This document shows, piece by piece, positions 59,068-64,000 of a stretch of 64,000 bases of DNA (position 1 is its first letter; each line of letters opens with the position of its first letter). The notes under the pieces are model-generated. The model was not told the origin of the DNA. It did not search any database and saw nothing but the letters and a program-made list of their open reading frames with translations. The stretch covers positions 1,664,001-1,728,000 of the forward strand of contig OZ250169.1 in NCBI GenBank assembly GCA_965237955.1, given 5' to 3'. The position numbers and the translations under genes are program-made. This stretch comes from Candidatus Marinacidobacterales bacterium (GTDB taxonomy: Bacteria > Acidobacteriota > Vicinamibacteria > Marinacidobacterales > SMYC01).

Positions 59068-59841
59068 CTACAAGCCCTTCGCTTCTTGCCAGAGACGTTC
59101 CAGCTCCTCCATGGTCGTCTCCTCGACCGTCCGTCCCTGCGACGCGAGCTCGGTCTCGATATGACGAAATCGTTTCGAGAACTTCTCGTTCGCGTCCGAG
59201 AGAGCAAGCTCGGCATCGGTATCTGCGTGGCGAGCCAAGTTGACCATCGCGAACAGTAAATCGCCGACCTCCTCGCGTATGGCGTCGGCGTTTCGGGAAC
59301 GGCGTGCCTCGTCCAGCTCGTCGAGCTCCTCTTCGATCTTGTCCCGAATCTCGTCGCCTGACTCCCAGTCGAAACCTACGTTCGCGGCGCGCTTCGAAAG
59401 TTTGGCTGCACGGGATAGAGCGGGAAGCGAGCGCGGCACGCCGTCGAGAACCGATGCGCGGTCGGGCTTTTCTCGGGCTTTGATCGCTTCCCAGCGTTCG
59501 AGGGCTTCGCCGGCGTTGTCCGCCGGAGACGAGCCGAAAACATGTGGATGGCGGCGTACGAGTTTTTCGCGAATACCGCGGGCAACATCGGCCATCGTGA
59601 ACTGCCCGGCTTCGGCCGCGATCTGCGTTACAAAGACGACTTCGAGAAGAAGATCGCCCAATTCTTCACGGATCGCGTCGGTTTCGCCTTGTTGAATCGC
59701 ATCGACGAGCTCATGAGCTTCCTCGAGCACGAACGGCCGCAGCGTGCTCATGGATTGCTCGCGGTCCCACGGACACCCGTCGGGGCCGCGAAGTCTAGCC
59801 ATGATCGCCAGAAGCTTTTCGAGCTCCGAGCCTTCGGTCAC
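59068..59841 (-). CDS. mazG: Nucleoside triphosphate pyrophosphohydrolase
   Basis: LRGPDGCPWDREQ, EELGDLL, RRHPHVF, GFDW, EEVGDLLF. Confidence 0.96.
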   Translation of the reverse strand: MTEGSELEKLLAIMARLRGPDGCPWDREQSMSTLRPFVLEEAHELVDAIQQGETDAIREELGDLLLEVVFVTQIAAEAGQFTMADVARGIREKLVRRHPHVFGSSPADNAGEALERWEAIKAREKPDRASVLDGVPRSLPALSRAAKLSKRAANVGFDWESGDEIRDKIEEELDELDEARRSRNADAIREEVGDLLFAMVNLARHADTDAELALSDANEKFSKRFRHIETELASQGRTVEETTMEELERLWQEAKGL

Positions 59842-59921
59842 GGTCGAGGATTATACCCTCCGCGGCCGGCCCCGTCCTCATAAATCTCTGAGAAGAGATA
59901 AGATACAGGCACGCGTGTGTG

Positions 59922-59950
59922 TTGATTCACCTATCCCGCTATGTTATTTT
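59922..59950 (+). promoter_or_regulatory. Putative sigma70 promoter of TPR/DUF4388 operon
   Basis: TTGATT-N17-TATTTT with extended TG. Confidence 0.45.
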
Positions 59951-60086
59951 AGGTTATTGCCCCGGTACTGACACCGAACGAACTGAACCCGGCTCGAACG
60001 TTGGGGGTCCTTGTCGTTTTAGTCGAATGGATTCAACTGCATGCTCATGACAAAAACAAAGGTCATTCATAGCTAAGGCTTGGATC

Positions 60087-61988
60087 TTGGTTCGCTCGTT
60101 GAGATATCTCGCGTGGACGTTGGTTCGAGCAAGCGCGGTCGTGTGCCTTGTCGTCACGACGCCCGCGCTTGGTGAGTCGCAGGCTGCCGACGGTTCCGAA
60201 ACACTGTCTCTCCATACTTCGTTCAACCACTACTGGCGCCGCTACCTCCAGGCTGCAGGCGCCGGTGATTCCGATACCGCTGAACGGATGCTCGAGGAGA
60301 TCAAGCGGCTGCGCGTGGAGCGCAACGCGTTCGCGCTCCACGACGTGGGCATGTGTTCGTTTATCAAGGATTCGCGCTTCTCGAAAATGGAGACGTCGAG
60401 GGCGCACGCGGCCACTTCGAGATCGCGAGAGATCTCAGCCCGAATCTACCCACCGCTCGCTGGGGCTTGGCGAGAATTGACGAGCGCTCGGGCGCGTTCG
60501 GTCACGCCACCGCAATCGTTCACCGCGTGCAGGCGCAGCTCGCCGCGCTTCGATCGGAGCGTGACGGGCCGTACGCGACGTGGAACCTTCTGTTCCTCAT
60601 CTTTACGAGCGTCATGCTCGTCTTCACCGTATTCGCCGTGGCCATGCTGTATCGCTATGGCGTTCTCCTCTTCCACGATCTCGAAGAGCGGTTCGGCGAT
60701 CGGATCGGGAGCAAAGGGGCTCTGGCGGCGACGTTCGGAGCGGTGTTCTTGCCGCTCATCCTGACCGCGGGCGTAGGATGGCTTGCCCCTTATTGGCTCG
60801 CGGTGACGTTCGGTTACCAATCGGTCAAGGGAGAGGGTGGCAACCGTGTTGGCCCTTCTGGTGTTGCTCGCCACCGCACCGTTCGTCGAGCTCTACGCGA
60901 CGTGGTCCCGAACCGTCTCGAATCCGGTGTACCAAGCAGCTCTATCGTCGACAACGGGAACGTTCGACGTCGACGACGTTTCGGTGTTGCGCGAAGCGGC
61001 CCGCCAAAGTCCTTCCGATCGGGACCTCCAGTTTCTTGCTCGCCACGCAGTACAAGAACCTCGGCGACTACGAGATGGCGGCGAACCAGTACCGGCGCAT
61101 CCGCGAGAATTTTCCGGGGGACGTCGAAGCCCAAGTCAATCTCGGCAATATCTATTTCGCTCAACGCGACTGGGATAGCGCTCTGGCTCAGTACAACGAT
61201 GTGCTCTCGTCGAACTCGCAGAACGCGATGGCCTACTACAACAAGAGCCTCGCGCACGCCGAGAATTTCCAGTTTTCCGAGCGCGAGGATGCGCGGGCTC
61301 GCGCGGAAGGAATCGATTCCATCGCGGTCGCCGCGCACGAGCAACGCACCGGCAGCTATCGGGTTGTCGCCGATGCGCGTCTGGACGAAACCGCGATCCT
61401 CGCAAAATTCTACGGTCTTTCCGAAGGCATGCGGGAGCAGCCGGTCGAAGCCTTTTTGGACGCGTCGCTTCTCGAAGGTTGGGGCATCCGCTTCGTCGCG
61501 GTACCCGTCGCTCTGGGCGTTTTGATTCTGCTACTCGAGCTCTTCTCGCGGGAGCGCAAGCTCACGAAGCGATGCTGGAAGTGCGGCAGCGCGTTCTGCG
61601 GACGTTGCCAGATCGGAACCGGCCGGAAGGGTCTGTGCACTCAGTGTACCACTTGTTCTTCATGAAGGACGGCGTGTCCGCGCAAGCGCGCAACGAGAAG
61701 CTGGGGCAAGTTCAGCGCGCGTCCACCAAGCGGTCCGTCGTGTTCCGTTTGCTGTCGATCGTAGCGCCCGGCAGTGGCCATATCAGCGAGGGCATGCCGA
61801 TCATCGGTTCACTGCTCTTGTTGGTATGGACTCTGGCGGCGTGCACGATCTGGATCGGTGGTTCGCTCTACTCTCTGCCCGATGGTCTCTTGGGTCTAGG
61901 TGCATCACCGTCGTACGCGATGATGGCCCTGATGGTCGTGATGTTGGTGCTCGCCAACGTCATTTCGCGTCCGATGTCGCGTGGCTAG
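60087..61988 (+). CDS. Membrane-anchored TPR protein with Cys-rich Zn-ribbon; about 4 frameshifts (near 60350, 60832, 61035, 61645)
   Basis: Consecutive ORF pieces give signal peptide, TPRs (AQVNLGNIYF, AYYNKS), TMs, CWKCG..CGRC..CTQC. Confidence 0.75.
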
Positions 61989-61991
61989 GAA

Positions 61992-63288
61992 ATGGCTCTC
62001 TCAGGCACCCTGAAAGATTTCGCGCTCCCCGATATCTTTCAGCTCATCGGGATGCAGCGTAAGACCGGTCTGCTCACGCTCGAGAGCGAGCGCGAGACCG
62101 TGAGCGTCGTGTTCGAGCAAGGGATGGTCGTCCACGCGGACTCGACAGTGAGACGACTCGACGATCTCCTCGGCAACGTCCTCGTTCGCCAAGGCAAGAT
62201 GCGGAAAGAAATCCTCGAAGAGGCCCTCGCGAAGCAGAAAGTTTCCATGCAGCGGCTCGGCTTCATTTCTCACGAGCCAGGGCTACATCGAGCGTGGCGA
62301 CTTGACCTCGGCGCTTTCCGAGCAAGTCCAACAGATCGTCTTCCGTGTCTTCCGGTGGAAGGCTGGAAACTACCACTTCGACCCGGCGGCGGATACCGAC
62401 TACGACCGCGAAAACGCCAGTCCCGTCAGCACCGACCACATCCTCATGGAAGGGATCCGGCGCGTCGACGAGTGGCCGATCATCGAGAAGCGTATTCCGT
62501 CTCTCGAGTCCGTCTTCCGGCCGTTGGTGCCGCAGAAACAAATCAAGGTCGTGGACGAGTCGGACGATAGTGGAGGCCTCGCATCTGCTTTCGGGAACGT
62601 CGCAAGCGGCGACGACAACGAGAACAACGCGACGTCAGAGGTCGTGCTCAACACTCAAGAGGCGAAGATTTACAAGCTCGTCGATGGCAAACGATCGGTA
62701 GCGACGATCATGGAGATGACCGGACTGTCGGACTTCGACGTGTGCCGGACTCTCTTCGATTTCCTCGACCGCAATCTCGTCGCCACTGCGGGCCAGGAGC
62801 GGGCGCGCACACAACGCCAGGCGGGACCACGTGTTGAAGACGGAGCGCCGAGCCAGACGGTCGGACTCCTCGGACTCGTCGTCGTGCTCGCTCTGAGCGC
62901 CGTTGGCTTCGCGGTGTCGATGGGCGTGCCGTTCCGGGTGCCGGCGCTTCCGAGCTTCTTGCTGCAAGAATCCGAGACGATACAAAGAAGCCGCGACGTT
63001 GCCGGCATGCAACGGATCGTGAGCGCGTTGCGTGCGTACTACATGGCGTTCGGCACGTATCCCACCACGCTCGATGACCTCGTGAACGCGACTCCACCTC
63101 TCGTTTCCACCGACGATCTGCGCGGAGTGGGTGGAGAGCCCTACCGCTACCAGACATCACCGGAACGAGTCGTCCTCCAGGCGATTGGGCCTTCCGGTGA
63201 ACCCTACCTGAGTGTCGTTCGCGAGATCCTTCCCGAAGAGATTACCCTTCCGGGTCCTCCTTCGGTAGGATCATCCGGGCCTGAGTAA
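61992..63288 (+). CDS. DUF4388 domain protein + TM + GspG-like C-terminal domain; frameshift near 62268
   Basis: MALSGTLKDFALPDIFQL..RKTG, FRWKAGNYHF, MEGIRRVDEW; ALRAYYMAFGTYPTTLDDLV. Confidence 0.85.
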
Positions 63289-63313
63289 GGGGCCCCCTAG
63301 GGTCAAGACCCCG

Positions 63314-64000
63314 ATGAAACTCTGCTACTACCCCAACGTCGATCTGCTTGAGAACGCGCGACCCGCGGTCACGCTCGGGAACTTCGACGGCGTCCACCTC
63401 GGCCATCGAAAAACGATGGAGCTTTTGAAGGTGCGCGCCAAAGCCCTCGCGTCGCCAGCGGTGGCGGTGACGTTCGAGCCGCACCCGGTGAGTGTTGTGC
63501 GTCCCGAGCAGGCACCGAAGCGCATCTTGACGCCCGAGCTCAAGCAAGAGGTGTTGGCCGAGTTGGGCATCGACTTTCTCGTCATCATCCACTTCACGGA
63601 AGAGTTCTCCCGCATCGAGCCGGACGCGTTCGTCGAACGTGTGCTCGTCGAAAAGCTCCACGTCGCCGAGCTCGTTCTCGGCGGCAACTTTCGCTTCGGC
63701 CGGGGCCGCGCCGGAGATCTCGAGGCGCTCAAAGCGCTCGGCGAGCGTCATGGGTTCGTCGTCCATCAAGTCGAGGCGTCGCGTCACGACGGCGCGATGA
63801 TCTCGAGCTCGCGCATCCGCGAGAGCCTGATGGATGGCGATGTGGAAGAAGCGGGGCTCATGTTGGGGAGACCGTTCTTTGTTCAGGGCACCGTCATCGA
63901 GGGCGATGGTCGTGGGCGCTTGATGGGCTTTCCCACGGCGAACGTCAAGGTGGACGGCGACGTCCTAATAGGCGACGGAGTGTACGTGACCGATGCGATC
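63314..64000 (+). CDS. ribF: Bifunctional riboflavin kinase/FAD synthetase (3' truncated)
   Basis: GNFDGVHLGH, TFEPHP, GGNFRFG, ISSSRIR, GFPTAN. Confidence 0.96.
   Translation, partial: MKLCYYPNVDLLENARPAVTLGNFDGVHLGHRKTMELLKVRAKALASPAVAVTFEPHPVSVVRPEQAPKRILTPELKQEVLAELGIDFLVIIHFTEEFSRIEPDAFVERVLVEKLHVAELVLGGNFRFGRGRAGDLEALKALGERHGFVVHQVEASRHDGAMISSSRIRESLMDGDVEEAGLMLGRPFFVQGTVIEGDGRGRLMGFPTANVKVDGDVLIGDGVYVTDAI

Overview
GC-rich (roughly 60-65%) bacterial chromosomal segment. Gene content (PD40/TolB-tailed Ser/Thr kinases, PIG-L/SSS module, DUF4388, IcmF) suggests Acidobacteriota, probably Vicinamibacteria-like; this is inference. About 55 CDS: envelope glycosyltransferases, transporters, two Hanks kinases, dtd, dapF, an Rpn nuclease, a purB-like lyase, a hesB-like/yjbQ/queD/folE operon, glcDEF, an ABC/LolA/radical-SAM operon, uvrC-trpS-scpAB-rluB-cmk-rpsA-ihfB, icmF, a RomR-like regulator, birA, a TRAM methyltransferase, comEC, mazG, TPR/DUF4388 genes and ribF. 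About 11 single-base indels, mostly in homopolymers, point to long-read assembly error. No rRNA, tRNA, CRISPR or IS element was recognised. Top observations: (1) glcF has an in-frame UGA at a [4Fe-4S] Cys position followed by a SECIS-like hairpin, i.e. a probable selenocysteine Fe-S ligand; (2) dispersed 7-nt tandem repeats (GCCATCA/GCTGATG family) at gene junctions are flanked by sharp, strand-specific C->T (G->A) synonymous skews, suggesting a repeat-directed local mutagenic process; (3) FolE carries natural substitutions at catalytic positions (H179Q-like); (4) a probable intragenic RpnS antitoxin; (5) an octamer inverted repeat translated into two neighbouring proteins.
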